From the NCBI RefSeq assembly GCF_000007985.2, contig NC_002939.5, positions 1,770,001-1,802,000 on the forward strand: a stretch of DNA of 32,000 bases. Direction: 5' to 3'. Position 1 is the first letter of the stretch, and every line of letters starts with the position of its first letter. The notes beneath the pieces were generated by a model. That model ran no database searches and was not told where the DNA came from. It saw only the letters and a list, made by a program, of their open reading frames with translations. Source of the DNA: Geobacter sulfurreducens PCA (lineage in GTDB: Bacteria; Desulfobacterota; Desulfuromonadia; Geobacterales; Geobacteraceae). A program made the translations under genes and the position numbers. Shown piece after piece: positions 15,673-25,130 of the stretch.

Positions 15673-17745
15673 ATGAAAAATACCCTTGAAAAGCGAATAA
15701 TCCTTTTTTCATTCATCATTCTGTTTCTCACGATTGCCGCCAATTCCGGCATGGATATCGTGGGGTTCAGGCGTGATTATATTCAGGCGCTGATCCTGCG
15801 ATCGCAAAGCCTCGGAACCTCCTTGCGCGGGAGTATCGAGAAGGTTGTCGGGCTCGGCATCGACATCAGGGACATCGAAGGCCTCAGTGAAAAATGTCGG
15901 GATTTGGTCAATTCCAGCCCCGAAATTGCCTATTGCGTCATTACAGACAGCGAAAGTTCAGTTCTGTTTCTCAACGATCCCGTCTATCGCTCCCTACGCT
16001 TCGACATCATCAAGAAGGCTTTTACCACCCGACTCGACCAGAGTATCCACCTGATCGGGGAGGATGGAGCCTATTACGATACGGTGACGCCGGTCCGTTC
16101 ATCGGATGGCAAGCAGGTGGCGCTCATCCACATCGGTTTCTCGCAAAAGGTGGTGGATCAGAAGGTTGAGGGGATCATCCTCCGTTCCGTGATGGTGCTC
16201 GGGCTCTTTTTTCTGATCTCTTTCTCGCTGGTGGTTATTTTCGTCAAGAAAAGCATTGTTCAACCCATTTCCGCCCTGTTGGGCGGGGTGAAAAAGATCA
16301 CGGAGGGGAACTTCGACCACCGGATCGACGAGCTGTCCGTATATGAGTTCAACGAGCTGGCCCGGAATGTGAACGTCATGTCAGAGGCCCTGGGAAACCG
16401 CGAGGAGGAGATCAAGCGCAATTACCAGGAGCTTGAAAATATCCACAATGATCTCCATTCGTCATACCTCAAGCTGGAAAGCCTGAGTCTCGAACTGGAG
16501 AAGAGCGAAGAGCTGTACAAATCTCTGCTGGAAGACGCCAGTGATGCCATCGTTGTCGTTGACGAGAACGAGATCGTCAAAATGGTGAATAAGATGGCGG
16601 AGGAGTTTTTTGGCCACAGCTCAGAGGAGGTCGTCGGTCTGCCTCTGAGCAGGATGCTTGTCCTGGTCAAAACCCACAATATCCCCATTGTTTACAATTT
16701 TTTCCAAGAGGTGGGGAAGGGGAGACATGTGGCGGAGGAGATCCGCTTCTCGCGAGTGGAAGGTGAACAGGTTGTGGGACTTATTCACGCCAACACCGTT
16801 ACCATTGGGTCCGAGCGCCTCATTCAAGCCATCATCCGCGATGTAACCCGTGAACGGGAGATTCTTTTCAACCTGGAAAAAAGCGCCACTGACCTGGCCC
16901 GCCTCAACAAGATGAAGGACTCATTCCTGGGGATAGCCTCCCACGAGCTCAAAACGCCACTTACCGTGATCATGGGGTATGCGGAGCTGATCCTTTCCGA
17001 TATGAGTGGCAAGGTCGACCGGAATGTGATCGACATGGTGCAGAACATCTCCAATGCTGCTGCCCGGCTCGACAATATCGTCAAGGATATGGTCGACATT
17101 TCGATGATCGACGAAAGACGGCTCCGGCTCAAGCTCGACGATGTCGATGTGAACCGGCTGGTCGAAGACTCCATGAACGAGCTCCGCTTTTTCGTCTCAA
17201 TGCGCAAGCAGAAGCTGGTCGGCGAACTGGATGAAACGGTCCCCCGGATCAAGGGAGACCCTGTGCGACTCATGCAGCTCATGTCTAACGTCATCGGCAA
17301 CGCCATCAAGTTTACCCCCGATGGCGGCCGAATCACTGTTTCCACCCGGACCAAGTACCTGCTTCGCTCCAAGCAGGCGCCGATTCCGGAGCTGGTCAAG
17401 CCGGTGGTCAATATCGGCAAGGAACAGCACCTTTACGTTGAAATCACTATCACAGACACCGGCATCGGCATCGATATGGATGACCAGCTCCGGATATTCG
17501 ACAAATTCTACGAGGTGGGAAACATTGAAGAGCACAGTTCGGGCAAGGTGGCATTCAAGGCGCGCGGCGCGGGTCTGGGACTTTCCATTGCCAAGGGGAT
17601 AGTCGAGATGCACGGCGGCGAGATATGGGTCGAGTCACCTGGCTACAACCCCGAGCAATTTCCCGGCTCAACTTTTCACATTGTGCTGCCTCTGAATCCC
17701 ATCACCGGAGATGGAAGTATTGATTACCTCAATCTGCTTGAGTGA
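15673..17745 (+). CDS. Sensor histidine kinase (2 TM helices + extracytoplasmic domain, HAMP, coiled coil, PAS, HisKA, HATPase_c); no adjacent response regulator
   Basis: TM1 is IILFSFIILFLTIAA and TM2 is VMVLGLFFLISFSLVVIFV. HAMP: PISALLGGVKKITEGNFDHRI. PAS: LYKSLLEDASDAIVVVDENEIV. H-box: FLGIASHELKTPLT. N-box: GNAIKFTPDGG. G-boxes: DTGIGI and GAGLGLSIAKG. The first ATG is at 15673 (MKNTLEKR). The track's 15613 start is a TTG codon. Confidence 0.85.
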   Translation: MKNTLEKRIILFSFIILFLTIAANSGMDIVGFRRDYIQALILRSQSLGTSLRGSIEKVVGLGIDIRDIEGLSEKCRDLVNSSPEIAYCVITDSESSVLFLNDPVYRSLRFDIIKKAFTTRLDQSIHLIGEDGAYYDTVTPVRSSDGKQVALIHIGFSQKVVDQKVEGIILRSVMVLGLFFLISFSLVVIFVKKSIVQPISALLGGVKKITEGNFDHRIDELSVYEFNELARNVNVMSEALGNREEEIKRNYQELENIHNDLHSSYLKLESLSLELEKSEELYKSLLEDASDAIVVVDENEIVKMVNKMAEEFFGHSSEEVVGLPLSRMLVLVKTHNIPIVYNFFQEVGKGRHVAEEIRFSRVEGEQVVGLIHANTVTIGSERLIQAIIRDVTREREILFNLEKSATDLARLNKMKDSFLGIASHELKTPLTVIMGYAELILSDMSGKVDRNVIDMVQNISNAAARLDNIVKDMVDISMIDERRLRLKLDDVDVNRLVEDSMNELRFFVSMRKQKLVGELDETVPRIKGDPVRLMQLMSNVIGNAIKFTPDGGRITVSTRTKYLLRSKQAPIPELVKPVVNIGKEQHLYVEITITDTGIGIDMDDQLRIFDKFYEVGNIEEHSSGKVAFKARGAGLGLSIAKGIVEMHGGEIWVESPGYNPEQFPGSTFHIVLPLNPITGDGSIDYLNLLE

Positions 17746-17887
17746 CCTTCGCGACTCTGACCGGAGCCGGTATCCGGCAGCCGTTGATCGTTAAAAAAAT
17801 TTTCCGCCTTTCGCCTTGAATCATTCCCCCTGTTTCCTGTATATAAGATAGGTTGAGCTGTTCGCTTGCCGGTAGTACCACAAGGCC

Positions 17888-18673
17888 ATGAATGGAGGGT
17901 GTGTGAGGGTTTGTCTCCTCGCCAGCGGGAGCAAAGGCAATTCCCTGTTCATCGAGACCGGCGAGAGCAGGATTCTCATCGATGCAGGCCTCTCGGCCCG
18001 GGAACTGGTCCGTAGGCTCTCCCTCATCGGGGTTGATGCCGCCCAGCTTGATGCACTGTTCATCAGTCACGAGCATACGGACCATGTGCGGGGGGCCGGA
18101 GTTCTGGCCAGGAAGTACCGAATACCGGTTCACGTGAGCTATCCGACACATCGGGAGATCAGCGGCCAGATCCATGGAGTCTACGTGACGGAGTTCGAGT
18201 CGGGCTACTCCTTTACGTTTCGCGACCTGCTCGTTGACCCCTTCCGTATAACCCATGACGCCTGCGATCCCGTGGGTTTCACCGTTGAGAGCAGGGAGGG
18301 CAAGGTGGGGATTGCCACCGACCTGGGGACCGCAACCCGTCTCGTGGCTGACAAGCTTGCAGGCTGCCGGGCGTTGGTCGTGGAGTCGAATCACGATGAA
18401 GGGATGCTGATGGACGGTCCCTATCCCTGGCACTTGAAGCAGCGGATCAAGTCCCGTCACGGACACCTATCCAACAACGATACAGCGGCCCTCCTGGCCG
18501 AGGTGATCAACCCCGGACTGGAGGGACTTTTTCTTGCCCACCTCTCGGAGGTAAACAACGATCCCGTCATGGCCCGCCAAGTGACCGCCAGTTTCCTGGC
18601 CGGGCAAAACATCTGCTCTCCACGTCTCGTTGTGGGCGATCAGTATCGGCCCAGCGAGCTTTTGAACATCTGA
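17888..18673 (+). CDS. MBL-fold metallo-hydrolase, YycJ/WalJ-like
   Basis: 261 aa. Contains LASGSKGNSLFIE, the HxHxDH motif (SHEHTDHVRG), ESNHD and SRHGHLSN. The match to Bacillus YycJ runs along the full length, judged from memory of that sequence. Confidence 0.8.
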   Translation: MNGGCVRVCLLASGSKGNSLFIETGESRILIDAGLSARELVRRLSLIGVDAAQLDALFISHEHTDHVRGAGVLARKYRIPVHVSYPTHREISGQIHGVYVTEFESGYSFTFRDLLVDPFRITHDACDPVGFTVESREGKVGIATDLGTATRLVADKLAGCRALVVESNHDEGMLMDGPYPWHLKQRIKSRHGHLSNNDTAALLAEVINPGLEGLFLAHLSEVNNDPVMARQVTASFLAGQNICSPRLVVGDQYRPSELLNI

Positions 18674-18892
18674 CAGGCTGTTGCATGAGACCGGGATGCA
18701 CGGCGTACGTGAGCAGAAGATTCTGCGTACCCGCCGGTACGTTGAGTTATGGAGCGAACGGTACCCCGAATACCGACCCTGCATGATTTTTCAACAGTCT
18801 GCTGACCGACCCGCGCAGGATGGACGCTTCGTGTATTCCGACGCCTGTCAGGGACTGCACATACTTTACTGAACGAAAGGAAGGACCCGCCC

Positions 18893-20188
18893 GTGATCGA
18901 ACGTTACAGCCGTCCCGAAATGGCCCGTATCTGGGAACCGCGCAATCGCTACCAGAAGTGGCTCGACATCGAGATTTACGCCTGCGAGGCCCACGCTGAC
19001 CTGGGCAACGTGCCCCGCGACGCGGTAGAGCGCATCAAGGCAAAGGCTGACTTCGACGTAGACCGCATTGATGAGATCGAGCGGACGGTGAAGCACGACG
19101 TCATCGCCTTTCTCACCTCCGTTGCCGACTACATCGGAGATGATTCACGCTTTGTCCACTTGGGACTCACCTCGTCGGACGTGCTCGATACCTCGTTCGC
19201 CATGCTGCTGGCCGAGGCCTCCGATCTCATCATCGATGACATCAAGCGGCTCATGGAGGTCATTAAGCGCCGCGCCTACGAACACAAGGATACGCCGATG
19301 ATGGGGCGTTCCCACGGCATCCATGCCGAACCGGTCACCTTCGGCATCAAGATGGCTCTCTGGTACGACGAGATGAAGCGCAATCTCCGCCGGATGGAGG
19401 CTGCCCGGGAAACCATTGCCTACGGCAAGATATCCGGGGCGGTCGGCACCTTTGCCAACATTGATCCGATGGTAGAGGAGGCTGTTTGCGCCAAGGCAGG
19501 GCTCAAGCCGGCTCCCTGTTCGACCCAGGTGATCCAGCGGGACCGCCACGCGGAGTTCTTCTCCACCCTGGCGATCATCGCCACCTCCATCGAGAAGTTT
19601 GCCGTGGAGATTCGTCATCTCCAGCGGACCGAAGTGCTCGAGGCCGAAGAGTTTTTCAGCAAGGGGCAAAAGGGGTCGTCAGCCATGCCCCACAAACGCA
19701 ATCCCGTCCTCTCCGAGAACCTGACCGGTCTTGCACGGCTCATGCGGGGCTATTCGGTATCCGCCCTCGAAAACGTACCCCTCTGGCACGAGCGGGACAT
19801 CTCTCACTCGTCCGTCGAGCGAGTCATCGGCCCGGATGCTACCATCTGTCTCGATTTCATGCTCAACCGGACCATCGGCCTCATCGACAATCTCGTGGTT
19901 TACCCCGAGAACATGATGCGGAACCTGAATCTCATGCGCGGACTCATTTTCTCTCAGCGGGTGCTCCTTAAGTTGGCCACTGCCGGTGCGTCCCGCGAGA
20001 AGGCCTATGAACTGGTCCAGCGCAATGCTATGAAGGTGTGGGAGCAGGGCAAGGATTTCCAGGAAGAACTTCTGGCCGACGGTGAAGTGCGCGGTTTCCT
20101 CCCGGAGGATGAAATCCGTGAGGCTTTTGACCTCAACTACCACCTGAAGCATGTGAACACCATCTTCACGAGGGTCTTCGGTGGCTGA
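18893..20188 (+). CDS. purB: Adenylosuccinate lyase
   Basis: 431 aa. GTG start preceded by AAGGAAGGA. The sequence MIERYSRPEM..W and the signature GSSAMPHKRNP are diagnostic. Confidence 0.95.
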   Translation: MIERYSRPEMARIWEPRNRYQKWLDIEIYACEAHADLGNVPRDAVERIKAKADFDVDRIDEIERTVKHDVIAFLTSVADYIGDDSRFVHLGLTSSDVLDTSFAMLLAEASDLIIDDIKRLMEVIKRRAYEHKDTPMMGRSHGIHAEPVTFGIKMALWYDEMKRNLRRMEAARETIAYGKISGAVGTFANIDPMVEEAVCAKAGLKPAPCSTQVIQRDRHAEFFSTLAIIATSIEKFAVEIRHLQRTEVLEAEEFFSKGQKGSSAMPHKRNPVLSENLTGLARLMRGYSVSALENVPLWHERDISHSSVERVIGPDATICLDFMLNRTIGLIDNLVVYPENMMRNLNLMRGLIFSQRVLLKLATAGASREKAYELVQRNAMKVWEQGKDFQEELLADGEVRGFLPEDEIREAFDLNYHLKHVNTIFTRVFGG

Positions 20189-21275
20189 CATCATAGCGTT
20201 TCTCAGCAACTTCTACCGGTTGGAGGCAGGAGATCATCTGCTGCTCTTCTGGCTGAAAGAAGCCCTCATCGCCCTGATCATCTTCAGCATTTTCTGGGGG
20301 CTGTCTCTGTTGCTCCGGACCCTGCTCACCAGATGGGTTCCCCGGTTCACCGCGTTTACGAGCACCGACCTGGATGACCGGATTCTGGCTCGCGTGACGC
20401 CGCCGGCATGCCTGCTGGTGGTCCTGGCGGGTCTCTACTATGCGGTCAAGTCGTTGCCGTTTCCTGAGAAGGCCCATGTGCTCAGTGCCGGGGCACTATT
20501 CATCGTTAACGTCATTGTTGTTACCAATATTGCCTGGCGAATCACAAACGAGCTATTAGGGTGGTACGGGAGCCGTCTTGCTGAGCGCCACGGCGGAGGA
20601 GTCGATCGGCAGATCATACCCCCGCTGGAAAAGCTCATCACCATCTTCCTGGCAGGTATCGCCCTGATGGTGGTGCTCAGACATTTCAATTACGACATCC
20701 TCTCGGTGGTGACGGCACTGGGAATCGGCTCCCTTGCCATCGGTATGGCGGCAAAGGAAACCCTGGCCAACATGATCTCAGGTTTTACCCTGATGGTGGA
20801 CCGCCCTTTCCGTATTGGCGACCGGATTCAGCTTGCCTCCGGCCAATGGGGCGATGTAGCCGATATCGGGCTGAGGACCACCAAGATCAAAACTGTGGAC
20901 AATACGCTCCTGATCATTCCCAATTCGGAGCTCTGTAACACAACCATCATCAACCTTGCGTTTCCCGACGTCCGGGCCAAGGGACGGATCAACGTCGGTA
21001 TTTCCTACGACAATGATGTCGAGCGGGCCAAGTCGCTGCTGGTCGAAACTGCCCTTTCGGTTCCGGAGGTGCTGCGGGAGCCGGCGCCGGAGGCGTTTTT
21101 CGTGTCGTTCGGCGACAGCGCTCTGAATGTGTCGCTCTTCTTCTGGGTAAGTGAATACGGCTCTGTCTTTGCTACCACCGATAAAATCAATGAACAGATC
21201 ATCGCACGGTTCCGCGAGGAAGGGATCACCATTCCCTATCCGATACGGACGGTCATCATGGAAAAGGAACAGTAA
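20181..21275 (+). CDS. Small-conductance mechanosensitive channel (MscS family)
   Basis: 364 aa. N-terminal TM helices, a pore-helix region (LGIGSLAIGMAAKETLANMISGFTLMVDRPFRIGDRI), and a beta-domain (GDVADIGLRTTKIKTVDNTLLIIPNSEL). There is no in-frame ATG before residue ~160. The GTG at 20181, with GAGGG 7 nt upstream, overlaps the purB end by 8 nt. Confidence 0.8.
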   Translation: MADIIAFLSNFYRLEAGDHLLLFWLKEALIALIIFSIFWGLSLLLRTLLTRWVPRFTAFTSTDLDDRILARVTPPACLLVVLAGLYYAVKSLPFPEKAHVLSAGALFIVNVIVVTNIAWRITNELLGWYGSRLAERHGGGVDRQIIPPLEKLITIFLAGIALMVVLRHFNYDILSVVTALGIGSLAIGMAAKETLANMISGFTLMVDRPFRIGDRIQLASGQWGDVADIGLRTTKIKTVDNTLLIIPNSELCNTTIINLAFPDVRAKGRINVGISYDNDVERAKSLLVETALSVPEVLREPAPEAFFVSFGDSALNVSLFFWVSEYGSVFATTDKINEQIIARFREEGITIPYPIRTVIMEKEQ

Positions 21276-24266
21276 ATGGCGCAACGAATCGAAGTCGCCC
21301 TGAAAGAGGGAGTTCGCGATGCCCGCGGCGAGCGGGTTCGACGGGAGATTGAGCATTTTCTCCACCTGCCGGTGCACGAGGTGCGTACCATCGACGTCTA
21401 CACCGTGGACGCCGGCCTTTCGCCGGACGAATTGGAGAAGGCCGCCTCGGAACCGTTCAGCGACCCGGTCATTCAGACCTGGAGCCTGGATCGGCCTCTG
21501 GCCGATGGGTTCGACTACCTGGTAGAGGTGGGCTTCCGCCCCGGTGTTACCGACAACGTGGGCAGGACAGCCAGGGAGGCTATTGAATATATCACCGGAC
21601 GCCCCTTTGCCGCGGGGGAGGGGGTCTACACCTCGGTGCAGTACCTGCTTTCCGGAGCCCTGTCGCGGACCGATGTGGAACGGATTGCCCGCGATCTCCT
21701 CTGCAACACGCTCATCCAGCGCTACATCATTCTGGATCGGGCGGAATTCGCCGCTGCCGGCGGGGTTGCAGTCGTTGTTCCCAAGGTGACGGGAGAGACC
21801 CGCGCCCAGGTTCGGGAGATCGACCTGAACGTTTCCGACGACGAACTGATGAGGATCAGCCGTGAAGGGGTCCTTGCCCTCACGCTGGACGAAATGAAGG
21901 TGATCCAGGCCCACTACCGCAATCCGGCAGTCATAGCGGAACGGTCCAAGGTCGGACTTGCGGCTAAGCCCACCGACGCGGAACTGGAGGCCATTGCCCA
22001 GACCTGGTCGGAGCACTGCAAGCACAAGATTTTCTCTGGCACTATCGAATATATCGACGAAAACGGCAATCGCGAGGAGATTCGTTCCCTCTTCAAGACC
22101 TTTATCCAGGGAACCACCAAGACGGTGCGTGAACAGCTCGGCGAGCGGGACTTCTGTCTCTCGGTCTTCAAGGATAACGCCGGTGTCATCCGCTGGAATG
22201 ACGATTGGTCCCTGGTGTTCAAGGTGGAGACCCACAACTCTCCGTCGGCCCTGGACCCCTATGGCGGGGCGCTCACCGGCATTGTCGGCGTAAACCGGGA
22301 CCCCTTCGGCACCGGCAAAGGGTCAAAGCTCATCTTTAATACCGATGTTTTCTGCTTTGCTTCGCCGTTCTACGACAAGCCTTTGCCAAGCCGGCTGTTG
22401 CACCCGCGCCGCATCTACGAGGGCGTCGTGGAGGGGGTGGAGCACGGCGGCAACAAGAGTGGTATTCCTACGGTGAACGGCTCCATCGTCTTTGACGATC
22501 GCTTTGCCGGCAAGCCCCTGGTCTTCTGCGGTACGGCAGGGCTCATGCCTGCCACCATCAACGGAGCTCCGGCCCACGAGAAGTTCATCCGCCCCGGCGA
22601 CCTGATCGTCATGACCGGCGGCCGCATCGGCAAGGACGGCATCCACGGCGCAACCTTCTCATCCGAAGAACTCCACGAAGGTTCTCCGGTAACGGCGGTG
22701 CAGATCGGCGATCCCATCACCCAGAAGCGGATGACCGATTTCCTTATCCGGGCACGGGACAAGGGGCTCTACAACTTTATCACCGACAACGGTGCCGGCG
22801 GACTCTCCTCGTCTATCGGTGAGATGTCGGGCGAGTGCGGCGGCTGCCGTATGGATCTGTCCAAAGCACCTCTCAAGTATCCGGGTCTCGATCCCTGGGA
22901 GATCCTGATCTCAGAGGCCCAGGAGCGGATGAGCCTCGCTGTTCCGCCCGAGCACATCGACGAGTTCATAGCCATGGCCCGCCGTTTCGGTGTGGAGGCA
23001 ACCATCCTCGGTGAGTTCACTGATTCCGGCTACTTCCATATCATGTACGGGGACAGAACCATCGCGTATCTTCCCATGGACTTCCTCCATGGTGGACTAC
23101 CCCCCATGCAGATGCGGGGGGTCTGGGAAGTGAAGCGCCACGAAGAGCCGGCGCTGGAGGTGAAGCAAGACTACGCGGCCGACCTGAAGCAACTGCTCGG
23201 TTCGCTCAATATCTGCTCCAAGGAGTCGGTGGTCCGGCGCTACGACCACGAGGTGCAGGGGGGGAGCGTGGTGAAACCGTTCACGGGCGTTGCCAACGAC
23301 GGTCCCTCGGATGCGGCGGTGATCCGGCCGGTGCTCGACTCCTTCGAGGGGGTCGTGGTGAGCCACGGGATCTGCCCGCGGTACAGCGACATCGATGCCT
23401 ATCACATGACCGCCAACGCCATTGATGAGGCCCTGCGCAACTATGTGGCCGTGGGCGGCTCCCTGGATCTCGTGGCGGGGCTCGACAACTTCTGCTGGTG
23501 TGACCCGGTCCAGTCGGACAAGACCCCTGACGGCGAGTACAAGATGGCCCAACTGGTTCGCTCCAACAAGGCCCTCTACGACTATTGCGTCGCCTTCGGC
23601 ATCCCTCTCATCTCTGGCAAGGATTCCATGAAGAACGACTTCTGGGACGGAAACGTAAAGATTTCCATTCCGCCGACCCTCCTGTTCTCTGTCATCGGCA
23701 AGATCGACGACATCCGTACGGCGGTCACCATGGACGCCAAGCGTCCGGGCGACATCGTCTACCTCCTGGGCAAGACCGGCTATGAACTGGGAGGCTCCGA
23801 GTACATGGCCCTCAAGGGATTAGTGGGTAACAGCGTGCCGCAGGTGAACACCGCCAAGGCGCTGCCGCGCTACCGCGCCCTGCACCGGGCCATCAGCCAG
23901 GGCCTGGTTGCTTCGTGCCACGACCTTTCCGATGGCGGGCTCGCCGTGGCCTTGGCCGAAACGGCTTTTGCCGGCGGATTTGGCATTGTCGCCGAACTGT
24001 CACGGGTCCTCTGGAGCGGTGACGAAGCCCTGAAAGGAGATGCAGCTCTCCTGTTCTCAGAGTCTGCGTCGCGGCACCTCGTCACGGTCCGCCCCGAGAA
24101 TCGGGAGGCTTTCGAGTCGGTCATGGCAGCGAATTGCTTCTCCTCCATCGGGGTGGTGACGGAAGAGGGGAGGGTGACGGTTACCGGTCTTTCGGGCACC
24201 AGGGTCATCGACGCAGGGATCGACGAACTCAAGCAAGCGTGGCAGAGCCCGCTGAGGGAGCTGTAA
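21276..24266 (+). CDS. purL: FGAM synthase subunit PurL fused to two N-terminal PurS-like modules (PurS-PurS-PurL)
   Basis: 996 aa. Residues ~4-72 and ~81-155 are both PurS-like (x-V-x-[LF]-[KR]-x-GVxDxxG ... IQx[WY]). The remainder is PurL (WSEHCKHKIF, VETHNSPSALDPYGGA, ITDNGAGGLSS). The ATG abuts the mscS TAA (TAAATG). Confidence 0.92.
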   Translation: MAQRIEVALKEGVRDARGERVRREIEHFLHLPVHEVRTIDVYTVDAGLSPDELEKAASEPFSDPVIQTWSLDRPLADGFDYLVEVGFRPGVTDNVGRTAREAIEYITGRPFAAGEGVYTSVQYLLSGALSRTDVERIARDLLCNTLIQRYIILDRAEFAAAGGVAVVVPKVTGETRAQVREIDLNVSDDELMRISREGVLALTLDEMKVIQAHYRNPAVIAERSKVGLAAKPTDAELEAIAQTWSEHCKHKIFSGTIEYIDENGNREEIRSLFKTFIQGTTKTVREQLGERDFCLSVFKDNAGVIRWNDDWSLVFKVETHNSPSALDPYGGALTGIVGVNRDPFGTGKGSKLIFNTDVFCFASPFYDKPLPSRLLHPRRIYEGVVEGVEHGGNKSGIPTVNGSIVFDDRFAGKPLVFCGTAGLMPATINGAPAHEKFIRPGDLIVMTGGRIGKDGIHGATFSSEELHEGSPVTAVQIGDPITQKRMTDFLIRARDKGLYNFITDNGAGGLSSSIGEMSGECGGCRMDLSKAPLKYPGLDPWEILISEAQERMSLAVPPEHIDEFIAMARRFGVEATILGEFTDSGYFHIMYGDRTIAYLPMDFLHGGLPPMQMRGVWEVKRHEEPALEVKQDYAADLKQLLGSLNICSKESVVRRYDHEVQGGSVVKPFTGVANDGPSDAAVIRPVLDSFEGVVVSHGICPRYSDIDAYHMTANAIDEALRNYVAVGGSLDLVAGLDNFCWCDPVQSDKTPDGEYKMAQLVRSNKALYDYCVAFGIPLISGKDSMKNDFWDGNVKISIPPTLLFSVIGKIDDIRTAVTMDAKRPGDIVYLLGKTGYELGGSEYMALKGLVGNSVPQVNTAKALPRYRALHRAISQGLVASCHDLSDGGLAVALAETAFAGGFGIVAELSRVLWSGDEALKGDAALLFSESASRHLVTVRPENREAFESVMAANCFSSIGVVTEEGRVTVTGLSGTRVIDAGIDELKQAWQSPLREL

Positions 24267-24269
24267 TCA

Positions 24270-25097
24270 ATGGCAAAGGCACGAGCGATAGTTATAACCG
24301 GCAACGGCACAAACTGCGAAATGGAGGCGGCTCACGCCTGCCGCCTGGGCGGCTTCGATGAGACCGTCATTGCCCACATATCCGATATTCTCACCGGTGA
24401 GATCCGGCTCGACGATTTCCACTTTCTCAATCTTACCGGCGGGTTCCTGGACGGGGACGACCTGGGGAGTGCCAAGGCCCAGGCAAACCGTTTCAGATAT
24501 GCCCGGGTCGACGACCTGGAAGAGCACCTGATCGACCAGATCATACGCTTCATTGACGCGGGCAAGCTGATCCTCGGCGTCTGCAACGGGTTCCAGCTCA
24601 TGACCAAGATGGGGCTGTTGCCTGCCGTGGACGGTGCCTATCTGGCCCAGACGGCAACACTCACCTTCAATGCCTGCGGCAGGTTCCAGGATCGCTGGGT
24701 GTACCTGAAGGTCGATCAGGCATCGCCGTCAATTTACACGAAAGGGGTGGAGACGGGGCTCTATCTGCCGATACGTCACGGGGAAGGGAAGTTCGTGGTG
24801 GACAGCCCGGCAACTCTTGCCGCTATTGAAGCGAAGCACCTGGCGGTCTTCACCTATTCCGACGAAACATATTCGGCACCGACCATGGAGTTTCCATTGA
24901 ACCCCAACGGGTCGGTCAACGCCATCGCTGCCGTCTGCAATGAATCCGGCCGGCTCATGGGCATGATGCCCCACCCCGAGGCGTTCCTCCACCGGACCAA
25001 TCATCCCCGCTGGACCCGCGAGGACCTTCCCGAAGAGGGAGATGGACTCGTCCTGTTCCGCAACGCGGCCGACTACGCGAAGGCAAACCTGCTGTAG
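24270..25097 (+). CDS. purQ: FGAM synthase glutaminase subunit PurQ
   Basis: 275 aa. Nucleophile elbow LGVCNGFQ and the His-Glu pair in MMPHPEAF. GAGGGAG lies upstream. The start is 3 nt after the purL stop. Confidence 0.9.
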   Translation: MAKARAIVITGNGTNCEMEAAHACRLGGFDETVIAHISDILTGEIRLDDFHFLNLTGGFLDGDDLGSAKAQANRFRYARVDDLEEHLIDQIIRFIDAGKLILGVCNGFQLMTKMGLLPAVDGAYLAQTATLTFNACGRFQDRWVYLKVDQASPSIYTKGVETGLYLPIRHGEGKFVVDSPATLAAIEAKHLAVFTYSDETYSAPTMEFPLNPNGSVNAIAAVCNESGRLMGMMPHPEAFLHRTNHPRWTREDLPEEGDGLVLFRNAADYAKANLL

Positions 25098-25130
25098 GGG
25101 GCGGTTTCCCGCCCACACCATTTTGGAGAG

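Noticed and set aside
18790-18860. Possible ZTP (pfl) or purine riboswitch upstream of purB
   Set aside because: I could not find the conserved ZTP 3' element (CCGCCUGGGC), the GGGUCGUGAC-type 5' core, or the purine-riboswitch junction motifs. The resemblance (CCGACGCCTGTCAGGG) is too weak. An Infernal scan is needed to settle this.
18681-18872. 63-aa TTG-initiated ORF in the purB upstream gap
   Set aside because: It has no SD sequence, a rare start codon, an odd composition, and overlaps the predicted RNA hairpins. I treat the region as non-coding leader (see findings).
20778-22235. 485-aa minus-strand ORF
   Set aside because: Antisense shadow ORF across the mscS/purL junction. The same reasoning applies to 8551..9549, 26903..27889, 17729..18466, 3990..4940, 6793..7614, 10025..10633, 28522..29226, 19145..19669 and 19679..20209.
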